DNA of 64,000 bases from Diplonema japonicum (lineage: Eukaryota > Protista > Euglenozoa: Diplonemea): the NCBI GenBank assembly GCA_964019335.1, contig OZ025648.1:310001-374000 (forward strand). Direction: 5' to 3'. How positions within the stretch are numbered: position 1 is the first letter of the stretch; each line of letters begins with the position of its first letter. Position numbers and translations under genes: made by a program. Below are positions 9,692-22,742 of this stretch, piece by piece. The notes beneath the pieces were generated by a model, which ran no database searches, was not told the origin of the DNA, and saw only the letters and a program-made list of their open reading frames with translations.

Positions 9692-10911
9692 CCTCCTTTT
9701 TTTTTTCAAGGCAGAGGACTGTTCCAAAAAAAAAAAAAAAAAACGAAATCACTATGATGGACCCCCCCCCAAAAAAAGGGAAAACAAAGAAAAGAAGAAA
9801 ACGATTTCACACCGCTGAGTTCTTTTTCCGGAAAAAAAAAAGAATATTACAAGGGGGAAGAGAGAGGGGGGGAGAAAAAAAGGCACTCCCCATCGAGGCA
9901 CCACTGTAACCACCGAAAGGAGCAAGGCATAGAGACGAAAAGAAAGGAGAAGAAGAGGAGAAAGGGGGGGGGGGGGGGGAGGTGAAAACCTGTAATGTGA
10001 ATGTGTATAAGAACATAAAAAGAATGCCGTAAACCAACAAAGTTTAGTCTCCTTGAAAGAAGAAGAAAAAAAATGAAATAAATTTAAAAATCGGGGAAGG
10101 GGAGGGGGTTTTTTTTTTTAAATTTTGCTTTGTTTACAGCTAATGGAACATATGGAAGAAAAAAAAAAGGAAAGAAGAAATAAAAAGTGTAGCACCAACA
10201 GGACTACCTAGCGGACCAAACGGAAAAAAGAATGGGGGGGGGGGGGGGGGGGAGCGACCAGATTAATATAAAGGAGCATGTCGCCACCCTTGTTGTTTCT
10301 CCCAACCTGCTGAAGACCGCCCAGCGGGATCTGTTTCTGCGACTTGTACATTGATAGTAGAGATCCCTCAGCACTTTTCTGTGGGCTGCAACACCTACTC
10401 AGTCGCAGCAAAGTCCAAGATTTCTGATGACCCCCACGGAAAATAAAATCAACGATCAAAAGCGGGGAAAAAAAAAAAAAAAAAAAAAAAACCGGAAACG
10501 AATATAATAATGTAATATGTAGTAATTGTGTAAAAGAAGGGTGTGGGGGGGGGGGGGGGGGGGGGAGACCCCCCCCATCCCCCGCACTTTTCTTTCTGTT
10601 TATAATTTTTTTTTGCGCATTTTTCTAAAAATCTTTTACTCTTTTATCCCTGCAACAAAAAAAAGGGGGGGGGAGAGAGAGAGAGAGTGCCGACACTTTT
10701 TTTTTTTTTTTTTTTTTCCCATTTCAATGAATAAAAGGAGAACAAAAGAAATATTCCCTCTTTTTTAATGTTTTGAAAAGTTAGGAGGTGAGGGCACTTT
10801 CTGTTTTTTTTTTTCTTCTTTTAGTGTATTCGGGTGCGCACAGTCACAGTCTTGCAACTAAGAGTAATGCTCAGAGAAAGGGGATGGAAAAATGGAGTGG
10901 TGGTGAAATAT

Positions 10912-10946
<35 letters not shown>

Positions 10947-11513
10947 CGAGATCTCCAAGGTGGTCAAGTCTTGATCATTTCTTTTTTTCTTTTTTGAAGG
11001 AATACAATTTTGAACCCCCATGGTTTTGCATAAAATAAAAAAAAATGAGAAGCCTACACATCCTCCCCTTTTCTCTTCTCTTTTTTTTTCCCCTTTTCTC
11101 CTACCAACGAGACAATGGGGGGGGGGGGGGGGGGAACACCCGTTTTCTTTTATTTTATGTTTCTTTTCTCTTAACTAAAGCTTTTGTTTTAATTTTTCTC
11201 TTCTTCTTTTTTTTATTTGCTTCTTGATCATTTTACCCCCCCCCCCCCAGCAGTGTCTCAGTTGAACCATCACCACATCATGGAAAAAAAAGAGAGCAAC
11301 AACAACAAAAAACGGAAAAAAGAAATGTAGGGGTGTTAGGATAAACCACACCAAAGGGGGGGGGGGGGGGGGGGGCAGCCGCTGCACACAAGATGCTAGG
11401 GTAGAAAAACCTGTAGTATAACCAGGGGGTGCGAAAAAAAAAAAAGAAAAAAAAATTGCCAGCCACACCCTTGGTTATTGTGATCAACGAAAAAAAAGGG
11501 GGGGAAATCCCCG

Positions 11514-12197
11514 TCAGTAAACAAAATGCAAAGGTTTGCACTGCGCCGGGACCTCAAACACTGCCTCACCGGCTTCCTCAATGTACCTTTTTTTAAGATT
11601 CGGGCTTCGATGCAGAAAATCTGCCAGCGAACGATGGCCTTCGTAGTCCGCGATTTCTTCAAGGATCTCAAGGACAACCAGCAAGGAAAGATCGGGAGTT
11701 TGCGTTGGGTACCCAAAGTAATCAGGAACCAATATCGCGTTCCGTGGGTTCGAGAGCACGCAAGACAAACTGTTCTCTATTATAATAGTTTGGCTAAGTT
11801 CGCGGCCTAGAAGCCGCAGATCCTTTGTATAAGGGACACCTTTGAACCATTTTGGGCTTCTTGTTATAACATGGGAGAAGTAGGTCCCAAAAGGGTCCAC
11901 TGCCTCTAGTACATGAGCCGCCACTTCTTCTGTGGAAGCGGTCCAGAGTATTATTTCGCATGAAGATGATAGTGTCGCCAGGAACGTGTGGAGGTGCGGT
12001 CTTTGGACCACTGCGTTGCTCGCCACGCACTGGTACTGGCTGTGGTTCGCCACCAGCGTTTCGTCCAGATCCAGGACTACGGTCAGCCGCCTCTCGTCGT
12101 ACCCCTTTGCCGGTATCAAAAAACCCTCGCCCTTCTCCTGGTCGTCTGCCCGATTTTCATTTTCCAGCTCCTCCCCCGCTGGAAGCAAGCATGGCAT
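11514..12197 (-). CDS. SCP/FCP1-type (NIF domain) HAD phosphatase
   Basis: Motifs LTVVLDLDETLV, RPHLHTFL, ILWTAS, YTKDLRLLGRELSQTIIIENS and NPRNAILV. ATG follows an A-run. Confidence 0.9.
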   Translation of the reverse strand: MPCLLPAGEELENENRADDQEKGEGFLIPAKGYDERRLTVVLDLDETLVANHSQYQCVASNAVVQRPHLHTFLATLSSSCEIILWTASTEEVAAHVLEAVDPFGTYFSHVITRSPKWFKGVPYTKDLRLLGRELSQTIIIENSLSCVLSNPRNAILVPDYFGYPTQTPDLSLLVVLEILEEIADYEGHRSLADFLHRSPNLKKRYIEEAGEAVFEVPAQCKPLHFVY

Positions 12198-12492
12198 TTT
12201 TTTTTATTTTTTTTTTTGTGTGTGTATTTTTTTTCTTTCGTTTTTTTTTTTTTTTTTTTTTTGAAAAAAAAAGAGGAAAAAGAAAATACCGAATCATGGG
12301 GTGGGGGGTCTTTTTTTTTTTTTTTTTTGCGAATTGAAAAAAAAAAAAAAAAAAGAGAGATGGAGGGAGAGGACGGGGGACAACAAATATAAAAAAAAGA
12401 AAATCTAGAGGAGAAGGAAAAAAAAAAATAATCTAAAACAAATAGAATCTAAAATGTAAAAAGAAAAAAAAAACTTTTTTTTCTAAGAAAAT

Positions 12493-15400
12493 CTAATGGG
12501 CATGGGTGTACACGGGTGCCGGGGTGACGGCCTCATGCTGCATGTCCTTCTCCATCACAAGGAGATAGCGTTGGTTCTTGTAGAAAAGCTTCGCGTTGTG
12601 TGCCTGCTCGTAGCGGGGGAGGTCGTGGAGAAGCTGTTCGTTGAGTTTTTGCAGCTCGCGGCGCAGCTCCAAAGCCTGCTCCCTCGCTCCGGGATCTGCG
12701 TGGAGGACTTCTGAGAGCCTGTGTTTCACGAATTCTCTCCTTGTAATGATATCCATGAGGGGGAGTTGTGCTTCAAGCCGAGCCACCTCATTACACACTT
12801 CCTCATACACACCAGTTACAACATCAAGCATGTGCGTGTTCACATCCACACCCATAGACCTTCTAGGTGACATATCATGCAGTAAATCCCCACTTGCACC
12901 AAGCTTGCCCAACTGTCCAAACACTCCAGCAAGAAGTTGCATCCTCTCTGCCGGGTCGGTGTCAATCACTTCCCACATTTTCATCAGTTTTTCCTTCTTG
13001 TTGCCGAAGGCTTCGAATAAACGTTTCATTTTCTGCTGCAGTTCCAGCACCTGTGCCGTTCTTTCCCTTTCGGCGCTGTCTTTTGTCGCGCTTCTATCCG
13101 ACTGTTGGAGAAAATGGAAAAAAAGAGGGTGTAAACAAGGATTTTTAAAAGGCATACCTCTGATCTTGCTCTTGCCAGTTCGTTGTCTTTCCTTACAAGT
13201 TCCCTTGCGAGTCTTCGTTCTTCCTCTTCTAACAGCCTCCTTGCGAATGCTTCCCTGTCCTTTCTTGCGCGCGACTGCACTTCGTTGAAGAGGTGTTCGT
13301 ACTTTGACACTAGGCTTTTGTGGAGTTCGAGTTTCCACTGGTTCATTGAAGCTGACACTTTGTCGAGCTCTTGCTGGAGGCGTGCCATTTGTTGTTCGGC
13401 GATCTCCCTCTTCTCACGCTCTGCGTCGACTATGCGGATGTACTCCTGCTTGTCGTTCTGAAGTTGCCTTGTCAGCTCGTTGGCCTTGTCCCTCACCTTG
13501 TTCTCCACGAGGTCCGTCTCGTTGAGCTTCATCATGTCGATGTCCTGCCTCAGCTGTTGGATGGTCCTGTCCTTCTCCCTGTCCATTACGCTTCTTTGCC
13601 TCTCGCGTTCTTCCAACGCTTCACGTTGTGCCCGTTCGGCTTCTTTCAGCAGCTTTTCGTAGTTTGCTTTGACTTTCGAGTCGTACTCCAGTTTCTGCTT
13701 GTCAAACCCAGCAGCCCTGACAATGTGTTCTGTAAAAATTCCCGTTATCATACCTCTGGAGTTCTTGTTCTTGGAGCTGGCGCCATTTGTCCTCGTACAT
13801 TGCCTTGAGGTCTGCCATCAAGGTGTCGGTCTGGAAATAACATGGTGTTTAATTTATTTCTTATATACCTTAGCCTGCAGCTGGTCCCTTAGCTCGTCGA
13901 GCTTCCTGTTCGCCTCCTCGTCCTTCTTCAGGAGTGCTAGCTGTTGTTGTTCTTTTTCGGTGCTCAGCTTCTCGCGTAATGTGGCCATCTGTGCCTCCAA
14001 ATCTCTGGTGATGTCGCTGATGCGGTTGTCACAGCGTTTCTGCGCCTCAGCTACCTGTCTGTCTGCCGACTCTATAGTGAGACGCCTCTCGTCCTCGCGG
14101 GAGGCTTCCAACGCTTTGCGCATTTCTGCGAGCCTTGCCTCGAACTTCGCACTGTCGTCAATGCTGTTGATCTGTGCCTGCTTCTGCAGCTTCATCCTCA
14201 GCTGGTTGCATTCTTCCCGCAGTGAAAGCAGCTCTTGTCCCTGTGCTGCCTCAATAGCCTTCTTCTGCTCCTGCAACGCGCGCTCAGTGTAGTCCTTCAT
14301 CACCTCTTCAAACTTCTTCTGCTTCGCGAGCAGCTCTGCGTCCTTCTCTACCATCTGCGCCTGCATCTTTGCAAAGAACTCCGCCTCAGACTTCTTTCTC
14401 TCATCGTCAGCATCTTCCCAATTCTTCGTACGCCCGTCGAACAGCTGCTGCATGGTCTCCCGTGCAGCTGCCTCCATCTCGAGCCTTGCCCTGTCGTTCT
14501 CGAACTGCATTTGAAGCTCCTTCTGTCTCAGCGCCTCCTGTTCTGCCTTGATCCTGGCTTGCGCCTCCATTCTGATGGCTTCCTCGCGCTGTCTGAAGAT
14601 CTCATTGGCCTCCTTTTCATGCTTTGCCTTCTCGAGCTCCACCTCGCCCCTGAGGCTGTCGAGCTTCTGCTCCATGCTGTCAAGTTCTTTTCTGTGCAGC
14701 TCCCTGATGTCTTTGATGGCTGTCTGGTGCTTCTCCCTGATAGCTGCTTCCTTGTCGTTCATAGTGGCCTCACGTTGTGCCAGAGCATCACGGTTGTCTT
14801 TGATGGCCTGCTCGAGAAGGGCCTCGTACCTCTGCTGGACCTCCTGCTCAGACTTGGTTTTCTCTTCCTGCATGGCGCGTTGCAGCTGTGCACGCGTCTC
14901 TTCCATTGTCTTCTGCTGCTCCACAGCATGCTGCCTGATGGTGTCAAGCTCAGCCTGCAGTCTCTCGCGTTCCGCTGCTAGGCGCTGCTCTGCCTCTCTT
15001 CTGACTTCATGTTCCAGCTTCACCTTCATATCCCACTCGTCACTGTCGAGCTTCTGTCTGTCTTCGATTACCTTCTGGTGGTGGGCCAGCTTTTCTTGTC
15101 TCAGTGCCGCCTCCCTGGTGTCAAGCTCTGCCTCCCTCCCTGAAATCTTCTGCTCATTGGCTCTAATCCTATCTTCACAAGATGTTTGCATGTCCTTATT
15201 GACGGCCCTCCACCTGGCTTCGTCCATCTCCTTCACACGCTCCTCAAAGGCCTGGCGTTCCCTTCGCTCTTCGATGGCACGTTCTGTGGCTTCGTCATAA
15301 AGGCTCTTCCTCTCGGCTTCGAACAGACGCTGGTTGCTGGCTTCCTTCCTCTTCATCTCAGCTTCAAGTTCCACACGCATATCGGCAACCTTTTCTAGAA

Positions 15401-17426
15401 GATCGACCTCCAGCTGCTCTAGTCGCCTGCGTTCCTCTGCTATCCTCCTCTCGCAGGCTTCCTTCATGTGGTCCTTCTCAGCGGTCATGGTCTCGCGCTC
15501 CCTTCGGATGAGGTCAAGACACCTCTGGTCGGCGGCTTCGACTTCTCTCTGCATCCGCTCGTACTCCAGTTTGTCGATGGCTGCCTTGTGTGCACCCTGC
15601 ATGGCATCCTCAAGCCACTTCTCGTACCTCTCGCGCAGCTCTTCCTCAGCAGCTGCCTTGGCTTGGTCTACGTCGCGCTGCGCTTTCGCGAGCTTCCCTT
15701 CAAGCGTTAGCTCCCTCGTCTTGGCGGACATCTGCTGTTGCTGGAGCTGCTGTGTGATCTCGCTCACCTCGCGCCTCAGCATGGCTATCGTCTCTTTGAG
15801 GGAGCTCTCTGCGTCGCTGGCGTCGTTGAGCTGTTTTTTGTACTTCTGCTGCACCGCTTCTTCAAAATTAGCAAGCTTTGCCTCGAAGCACATCCTTATC
15901 TCCTGCTCCCTTTTGAAGCCGTCAGAGGACTCCTGGTGCTGCTTCCCCAAATACTTCTCTGACAGCCTTGTCATCTCTGCCGAATGTTCGTCGTTCAGCT
16001 TGTTGAGTTTCTCGAAGTACTGGCGCTCCAGCTCATCTTTGAATTTTGCCTTCTCGGCGTCGATTTCCACGTTGCGTGTCTGCATCTCCTTGAGGTACTT
16101 GTCGTGGATGTCCTGTTCTGTCTGCGCCATCTGCTGCTTCACGCTGGCGACGATCCTATGCGCCTCGTTCATGGACTCGACTATCTTTTGCTGCATGGTG
16201 GCAACCTGCTCGCTCTTCTGTTTTTCAAGCTCCACCATCTCATTGTGCATCTGGTCGCGCTGTGACAGGAGTTGTTTGTGCACTTCTTCCTGTTTCTTTT
16301 GGTTGTCAGCCAGGACCTGCTCTCGCATGCTTGCTATCTGAGTCATCGCTTCGTTGAGGCTCTGCACGCGCTGCATCTCTGCCGCGTCTGCGTAAGACGC
16401 CTCAGTCGCTAGCAGTTTCTCGCGTTCAGCGGAAATTCTCTCGAATAATAGACGCTCCCTCTTCTCCAACGCTTGGTCAAAGAGCTCGCACCGTGTCTGG
16501 AAGTCCCTGTCTTGCAGGGTCTTGTACTCGAACTTGAACTTCTCGAACTGTTCCAGCAGCAGTTGTTCCTGCTCGGCCCTTGCACCTCCCTGCTGCGACA
16601 GGATCTCAACCATGCGCAGCCGCATGGCTTCTTCCTTCTTGGCGAGGTCGCCCTCCTGCTCCTGCAGCACACGAAACGCCTTGTCCATGACTTCAGCCTC
16701 GAAAACAGATTTGTGCGCCTCGAAGTCCTTCGCTCTGTTGAGCCAGTCGTTTGTGAAACCTTCCATGTACTCGGATAGGCGTTGTGCGTTCTCGGCTTCA
16801 GACTTCCTGACGGCGTCTTCATACTCTGCGATAGTGGCCATGGCGCGGTTCACCATGTCGCCTTCTTGGCCTTTTTTGGACGACTCAAGGCGGAGCTGGT
16901 TGGTGCGGAGCGCGAGGAGCTCTTTTTTTTCTTCTTGGTGGCGGCGTTCTGCTGCTGCTAGCTCACGTTCTCGTTCGGCAAGTTGTGTCTCCATCCTCCT
17001 GACCTTCTCTTCCAGGTCGTCTACCCTGCCGCGGTTCTCGGTCTGCACGTTGTCCAGCACCGTCGAGTGGTGCTGCGTCGTGAACGCTGTTGTCCGCTCC
17101 GCCTCCTGCCGGTACGCTTCGAGGAGAGTGTTGACTTTTTGCTGTGTGACCTCACCGCCCTTCGCCCTCTCCTTCATGAGGTCTTCTTTCATCGACATCT
17201 CCATTTTGTTGTATTTGTTGCGCTCGTCTAAAACCCTGCTCTCAGCGTCCGCAAGGAGTTTGCTGCACTTCGCCTCCGTCTCCTTCATCACCTTGTCGTG
17301 GAAATCGTGGCTCAAACCGGCGCTTGCCCTCCCGAAAGAGAGGTTCCCCGACAGGTTCGCCGCCTTCGTGGTGGGCGTCTGCATGTTGTACCTCGCGATG
17401 AGCTCCTCGTCGCTTTGGTTTAACAT
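12493..17426 (-). CDS. Large E/K/Q/R-rich coiled-coil protein, 3 exons
   Basis: A 1190-aa ORF joined by GT-AG introns 13831-13868 and 13102-13157 to the downstream frames (TDTLMADLK...; SDRSATKD...PVYTHAH*). Confidence 0.85.
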
Positions 17427-17582
17427 TTTCTCTTTTCACCCCCCGCTTTTTTTTTTTTTTTTGCGGCGTCCCTCTCCGCCCCCGCCTGCAGGGTTATGAT
17501 ATATATATATTTTTTTTTTCATTGTTATCCTAAAACCACAAGAAATAATAAGACTAATATTAGACAGAAAGAAAGAAAAAAA

Positions 17583-19184
17583 TTAAAATCCTGGAGCATC
17601 TGAAGACCTCTTCAATAACCGCGCAGAGGACGTTCTAGCAGGCGCCACACCAGTGAGCTCAAGATCGGGTGTGGGTTGTTGCGCAGGGCGGGGGACGGAC
17701 TTCCTGTTTTGCTTAATCTGCCGGAGGTAAACCCGTTCACGAGAGGAAACCTCAGTATTGTCGAGAAGCGCGAGACGCGACGCAGAAGAAACTATGGCAT
17801 CTCGGTACTTCAACTGCTTGCATATGGGATTGCCGAGTATTTTAAGCGAGACAAGAGACGAGGCACTGCCAAGGTAGCCCTTGAGACATTCAGGGTCTGA
17901 GATATAATTATCGCTAACATCAAGTTCCTCAACACCTGAGGCCTCGGATAAAAACTGGACCTGGCTGTCCTCAAGTCCAACGGCATTCAACATCAAAACC
18001 CTGATTTTTTTCAAACGTTTGAAAACGGATGACACCCCGCCTGCCGATGTCAAGTCAAGTCTGCTTTTCTGTCTGGAAAGGTGAAGCTCTTCGAGGTTCG
18101 ACAACTCCTCTATACCACGCAGATTGGGGAGCTCGTTCCGGCATAGATACAGTTTCTTCAAGGACGACACCCCGCTGATACCTGTAATATCCTGAAGAAG
18201 GTTGTTCTGAGCGTACAGATGCGACAACCGCACGTCGTTGAACAAAATTTTATCGAAGCTCGTCAACTGGTTATCGTCGGCGTAAAGCACCCGCAGGCCC
18301 GCGTCGAGCACACCTGGAAGACATGAAAGTCCTTTACCCTCTAGTGATAAATGTGACGCGGGTGTTCGAGATTGTTGTTTTCTCTGAGCTTTTTTGTCGT
18401 CTTCGAAGGATGCGTCATCATCAGCATCCTCTGGATTGAGCAACGACGCGGTGTATGTTACCACATCCGAGCAAGAATCGTGCGAATAATACACTTGGAG
18501 AAACCCTTTTTCAGAAGCTGTTTTATACCCCATCACGAGCACAATCGCAGATTCTATCAAATGAAGGCTCTGTGTCGCACTTTGATCCACTCGTGCTTCG
18601 AGTAAAATCTGTTCTAATACCATGTCTGATACAGGGTCTTTAGAACCGTGGGAGGCTATGAGGTACGCCACGAAGGCGGAGAGTTGTTCGGGGTACGCCT
18701 CCAGCAAGGGTGCCATGCCGAGGAGAACGGGGTCTAGTGAAAGAGTTTTGACTAGCCATTTGACGAAGGAGAAGACTTTTTTGGAGGGGACCCATTTAAC
18801 TAGTTTTGAAACGATTTCTTGCGTGATTTTCTGGATGGAATCCTTGCTCAGTTTCTTCATTAAGATCGGGTGGGATAGCAGGGATTTTGCTGTGTTCAGG
18901 GCGATGTCGTCGATGTCGTCATCGTCGTCGAACTCCCTCTTCAGCCCCACGCCGACTAGGCACAACAACCCCCCAAGAACTGCTTTTCTTGTAACCGGTT
19001 CCACCATCCCGTTTATCAGCACTTTTCCCCCGACCTCCACTGTTCCCTCTAGTATCTTGTGCAACTCCCCCATTCCTTCATGAAACGCTTCCCTATCGCC
19101 TTCCAGCACCTTCTTCAAAACCATTATCCCTGCTATCTTCGCTGCTTGCTCTATCCCTTGCGCTCCACCAAGGACGAAACTCAT
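17583..19184 (-). CDS. SDS22-type leucine-rich repeat protein (PPP1R42/LRRC67-like C-terminal half) with helical N-terminus
   Basis: LRVLYADDNQL, LSHLYAQNNLL, LKKLYLCRNEL, LEELHLSRQ and LRR cap GNPICKQLKYRDAIV...LLDNTEVS. Probable start MSFVLGG after an A-run. Confidence 0.8.
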   Translation of the reverse strand: MSFVLGGAQGIEQAAKIAGIMVLKKVLEGDREAFHEGMGELHKILEGTVEVGGKVLINGMVEPVTRKAVLGGLLCLVGVGLKREFDDDDDIDDIALNTAKSLLSHPILMKKLSKDSIQKITQEIVSKLVKWVPSKKVFSFVKWLVKTLSLDPVLLGMAPLLEAYPEQLSAFVAYLIASHGSKDPVSDMVLEQILLEARVDQSATQSLHLIESAIVLVMGYKTASEKGFLQVYYSHDSCSDVVTYTASLLNPEDADDDASFEDDKKAQRKQQSRTPASHLSLEGKGLSCLPGVLDAGLRVLYADDNQLTSFDKILFNDVRLSHLYAQNNLLQDITGISGVSSLKKLYLCRNELPNLRGIEELSNLEELHLSRQKSRLDLTSAGGVSSVFKRLKKIRVLMLNAVGLEDSQVQFLSEASGVEELDVSDNYISDPECLKGYLGSASSLVSLKILGNPICKQLKYRDAIVSSASRLALLDNTEVSSRERVYLRQIKQNRKSVPRPAQQPTPDLELTGVAPARTSSARLLKRSSDAPGF

Positions 19185-19951
19185 TTTCTTTTCTTTTTTT
19201 TTTTTTTCTCCCCTTCCTCCCACCCTCCAATCTCTTTTTTATGTTTTTTTTTTCTTTCTTCTTGCAGGGTATGTAGGGAAGGGGATAAAAAGAAAGGAAA
19301 AATAAAAAAACATGCATTTTTTTAGGCACATCAAAAAAGAAGAGAAGGGACAACCTCAACTACAATAAGAGTTATCTTCTCGCAATTGGGGGTTTTTTTA
19401 TTATTTTATTTATTTTTTTGTCGTTGTTTCCGTCTTTTGATGTCTAAAGCTGGCATTCTTAAGGGGAAGAGGGGGGGGGGGGGGGGGGGGAATAGAAGTT
19501 AGATTTTTCCCTTAAATTTTCACGAAAGAAAATAGGGGAAAAGACCGGGTGGATTAGTTGGGAGGTAAAAAAAAAAAAAAAAAAGAGTAGGCTTTACGTC
19601 AGCACATAGAAAAGATAAATTTAAGAGGGGAAAAGAAATAAGGACAATATTCCCTATTTCTTTGTAAACATCCTCCAAGCCTTGTGGGGCATTGTTTTAC
19701 TTTCTATTTCTTTTTTTTTTTTTATTATTATCGTTTAGAAGAAAATACAAGGGGGCCATTAATGAAAAGAACATCTTAACCCGGAAGAAGGGTTTTAAAG
19801 GTTTTATATTAAATCAATCAAAATAATGAGGAGGGAGAAAAGAAGAAAAGAAGAAAACAAAAAGCAATTTCAACATGCGGTGTCGGGGCATTTATTATCG
19901 ACCCGACCTTTTTGGCACATCTTGAAAGTGGGAAAAAAAATAGTAATCCGC

Positions 19952-20818
19952 TCACAAAACCATGTACTCTGCATCAGGGTACCAGAAGCCATCTTCTAAA
20001 TGTTGAGCCGCCTTCTCCATGTCATTAGCATCAATGGCAGAGGCTCTCCTCTTGCTGTACACTGTGAGGGCGATGGCGGTACCTATGCACAGGGCACCCA
20101 CACCACCTGCAAGCCCGTACAGCCACGACATCGAAGAGGAAGAAGAAGACTCGGATGTCTCTTCTGCTTGCTTCTCCTTCACATCTACCGTAGCCCCGCT
20201 TGCGGCCCCTGCCTTAACAAGGCTCTCCACGGAGAGTGATGTGCCTTCCTTGCCGGTGGCGTTCTCCCCCTCATCTGCGTGTTCCTCGTCAGCTGGAGCC
20301 TCATCGGCTTCTGCCTTCATGTTAGAAGTTTTCTTCGTGTGCTGTCCAGTACGGATCTTCGCGAGCACATCGGTCTCCGCCTGTTGGGTGTGCTTGTGGT
20401 TGGAGTCCTCGTCAGCTGGAGCTTCTTCAGTTTTTGTGTTCAAGGTCTGTCCAATACGGATCTTCGCAGGCATATCAGCCTCCGTTTGGTGGTTGGAGTA
20501 CTCCTCGTCAGCTGGAGCTTCATCGGCTTTTGTGTTCAAGGTCTGTCCAATACGGATTTTTGTGAGTACATCAGCCTCCGCCCGGTGGCTGTAGTGCTCC
20601 TCGTCAGCTGGAGCTTCATCAGCTTGTGTGTTCAAGGTCTGCCCAATACGGATCTTCGCGGTCTCCGCCTGTTGGATGCCGTGCCCTTCCTCCCCGTCAA
20701 CTGGGCTGATGTCCTGGGTGTGCTCAAGGTCGGACAGAGCATGCCCGAAAGCACCACCACCGTCCTTCTGTGAGATCACCATGGCAGCACACAGAACTAG
20801 AAGCAGGCTCGACTTCAT
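19952..20818 (-). CDS. Type-I membrane protein with four acidic repeats (KIRxGQ...ADEAPADEE)
   Basis: Signal peptide MKSSLLLVLCAAMVISQ, internal tandem repeats, poly-Ser, TM WLYGLAGGVGALCIGTAIALTVY and stop-transfer KRR. Confidence 0.85.
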   Translation of the reverse strand: MKSSLLLVLCAAMVISQKDGGGAFGHALSDLEHTQDISPVDGEEGHGIQQAETAKIRIGQTLNTQADEAPADEEHYSHRAEADVLTKIRIGQTLNTKADEAPADEEYSNHQTEADMPAKIRIGQTLNTKTEEAPADEDSNHKHTQQAETDVLAKIRTGQHTKKTSNMKAEADEAPADEEHADEGENATGKEGTSLSVESLVKAGAASGATVDVKEKQAEETSESSSSSSMSWLYGLAGGVGALCIGTAIALTVYSKRRASAIDANDMEKAAQHLEDGFWYPDAEYMVL

Positions 20819-21089
20819 TTCTTTTTTTTATTATTATAATATTGTAGGCAAATCACCTGTTGTGGGTTTTAAAAAGAAGTTGTAGACAGGTAAAAAGAAA
20901 GCAAAAAAAAATTAACAGAGATAAAGCCATTCACACGGGAAGGTAAACATTTATCACAGGGGGTTCAATGACACTTTCTGTGATCACGGTTTCGATGTCA
21001 TGTTCCGGAAAGAACGAAAGAGGAAAGCAAGAAGGAAAAAAAAAAACAATAAAAAGATGTTTTTGAAGTTGTTGCCGCGTGAACTGCCT

Positions 21090-21310
21090 TGGAGTGTAGG
21101 GGGGGCCTTGCGTCTCCACCATGCTGTTGAAACGGTGTCTTGGGTGATTTTCTGGATGGAATCCTTGCTCAGTTTGTTTCTTCATTAAGATCGGGTGGGA
21201 TAGCAGGGATTTTGCTGTGTTCAGGGCGATGTCGTCGAACTCCCTCTTCAACAATCCCCCGAGAACTGCTTTTCTTGTAACCGGTTCTCCTCTTATCCTG
21301 CTATCTTCGC
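21090..21310 (-). pseudogene. Chimeric duplication junction: deleted 5' part of the LRR gene fused to an ETQGPPYT segment
   Basis: 21127-21310 matches ~18810-19150 with deletions (DDIALNTAKSLLSHPILMKK). 21090-21126 matches 23795-23832. Confidence 0.75.
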
Positions 21311-22163
21311 TGCTTGCTCATTCTCATCCCCCCCCCCCCCCCCCCTTCAATCTCTTTTTAATTTTATTTTTTTCTTGCAGGATAAATAGGGAATTGGTGG
21401 TAAAAAAAAAAAGAAAAGCCATGCATTCTTTTTAAGCACATCAGAATGAAGAGAAGGGACAACCTCAATTATAATAAGAATTATCTTCTCATAATTGGGG
21501 GGGTTCTTTTTTATTTTTATTCTTTTTTATTTATTTTTTTATCGTTTCTGTCTCTGTCTAAAGTTGTCATTCTTATGGGGGAGGGGAAATAGAAGTTAGA
21601 TTTTTTTTGCCCTTAAATTTTCATGAGAAGAAAAGAAGGGAAGCGACCGGGTGGATTAGTTGGGAGGTATAAAAAAAAAGAGTAGGCTTTGGGTCAGCAC
21701 ATAGAAAAGATAAATTCAAGAGGAGGGGAGGAAAAAAAAATAAGGAATATTCCCTATTTCTTTTTAATCTTCCTCAAAGCCTTGTGGGCATTATTTTACT
21801 TTCTATTTCTTTTTTTTCTTTTTTTTTTTTTTTTTAATCGCAAAAATAAAAAGGTGACGAGGCGGGAAAAAAAAAAAGAAAAACCCCAAATTTTCTTAGT
21901 TGACATTCCGTTTCGTAGTCTGCAGAAAAAAGAGGGCTTTTCTTTTTTTTTTTTCTCTTCAAAAAAGAAAATAATAATAAGGGGGGGAACCATTAATGAA
22001 AAGAAACATCATTACCCGGGAAGAAGGGTTTCATCGTTATATAAAATTCAAACAAAAAATTCATAGGAATCGAAGTATCCAGCAACAGCCCATACTGAAC
22101 AAAATAAGGAAAGGGAGAACCAGAAGAAAAAAGAAAAAAAAGAAGAAGAAAATAGTAATCCGC

Positions 22164-22742
22164 TCACAAAATCATGTACTCTGCATCAGGGTACCAGAAG
22201 CCATCTTCTAAATGTTGAGCCGCCTTCTCCATGTCATTAGCATCAATGGCAGAGGCTCTCCTCTTGCTGTACACTGTGAGGGCGATGACGGTACCTATGC
22301 ACAGGGCACCCACACCACCTGCAAGCCCGTACAGCCACGACATCGAAGAGGAAGAAGAAGACTCGGATGTCTCTTCTGCTTGCTTCTCCTTCACATCTAC
22401 CGTAGCCCCGCTTGCGGCCCCTGCCTTAACAAGGCTCTCCACGGAGAGTGATGTGTGTTGCTTGCCGGTGGCGTTCTCCCCCTCATCTCTGTGTTCCTCG
22501 TCAGCTGGAGCCTCATCGGCTTCTGCCTTCATGTTAGAAGTTTTCTTCGTGTGCTGTCCAGTACGGATCTTCGCGAGCACATCGGTCTCCGCCTGTTGGA
22601 TGCCGTGCCCTTCCTCCCCGTCAACTGGGCTGATGTCCTGGGTGTGCTCACGGTCGGACAGAGCATGCCCGAAAGCACCACCACCGCCCTTCTGTGAGAT
22701 CACCATGGCAGCACACAGAACTAGAAGCAGGCTCGACTTCAT
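22164..22742 (-). CDS. Tandem paralogue of 19952-20818 with a single repeat unit
   Basis: Near-identical signal peptide, TM and tail (HLEDGFWYPDAEYMIL); lacks three repeat units. Confidence 0.85.
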   Translation of the reverse strand: MKSSLLLVLCAAMVISQKGGGGAFGHALSDREHTQDISPVDGEEGHGIQQAETDVLAKIRTGQHTKKTSNMKAEADEAPADEEHRDEGENATGKQHTSLSVESLVKAGAASGATVDVKEKQAEETSESSSSSSMSWLYGLAGGVGALCIGTVIALTVYSKRRASAIDANDMEKAAQHLEDGFWYPDAEYMIL

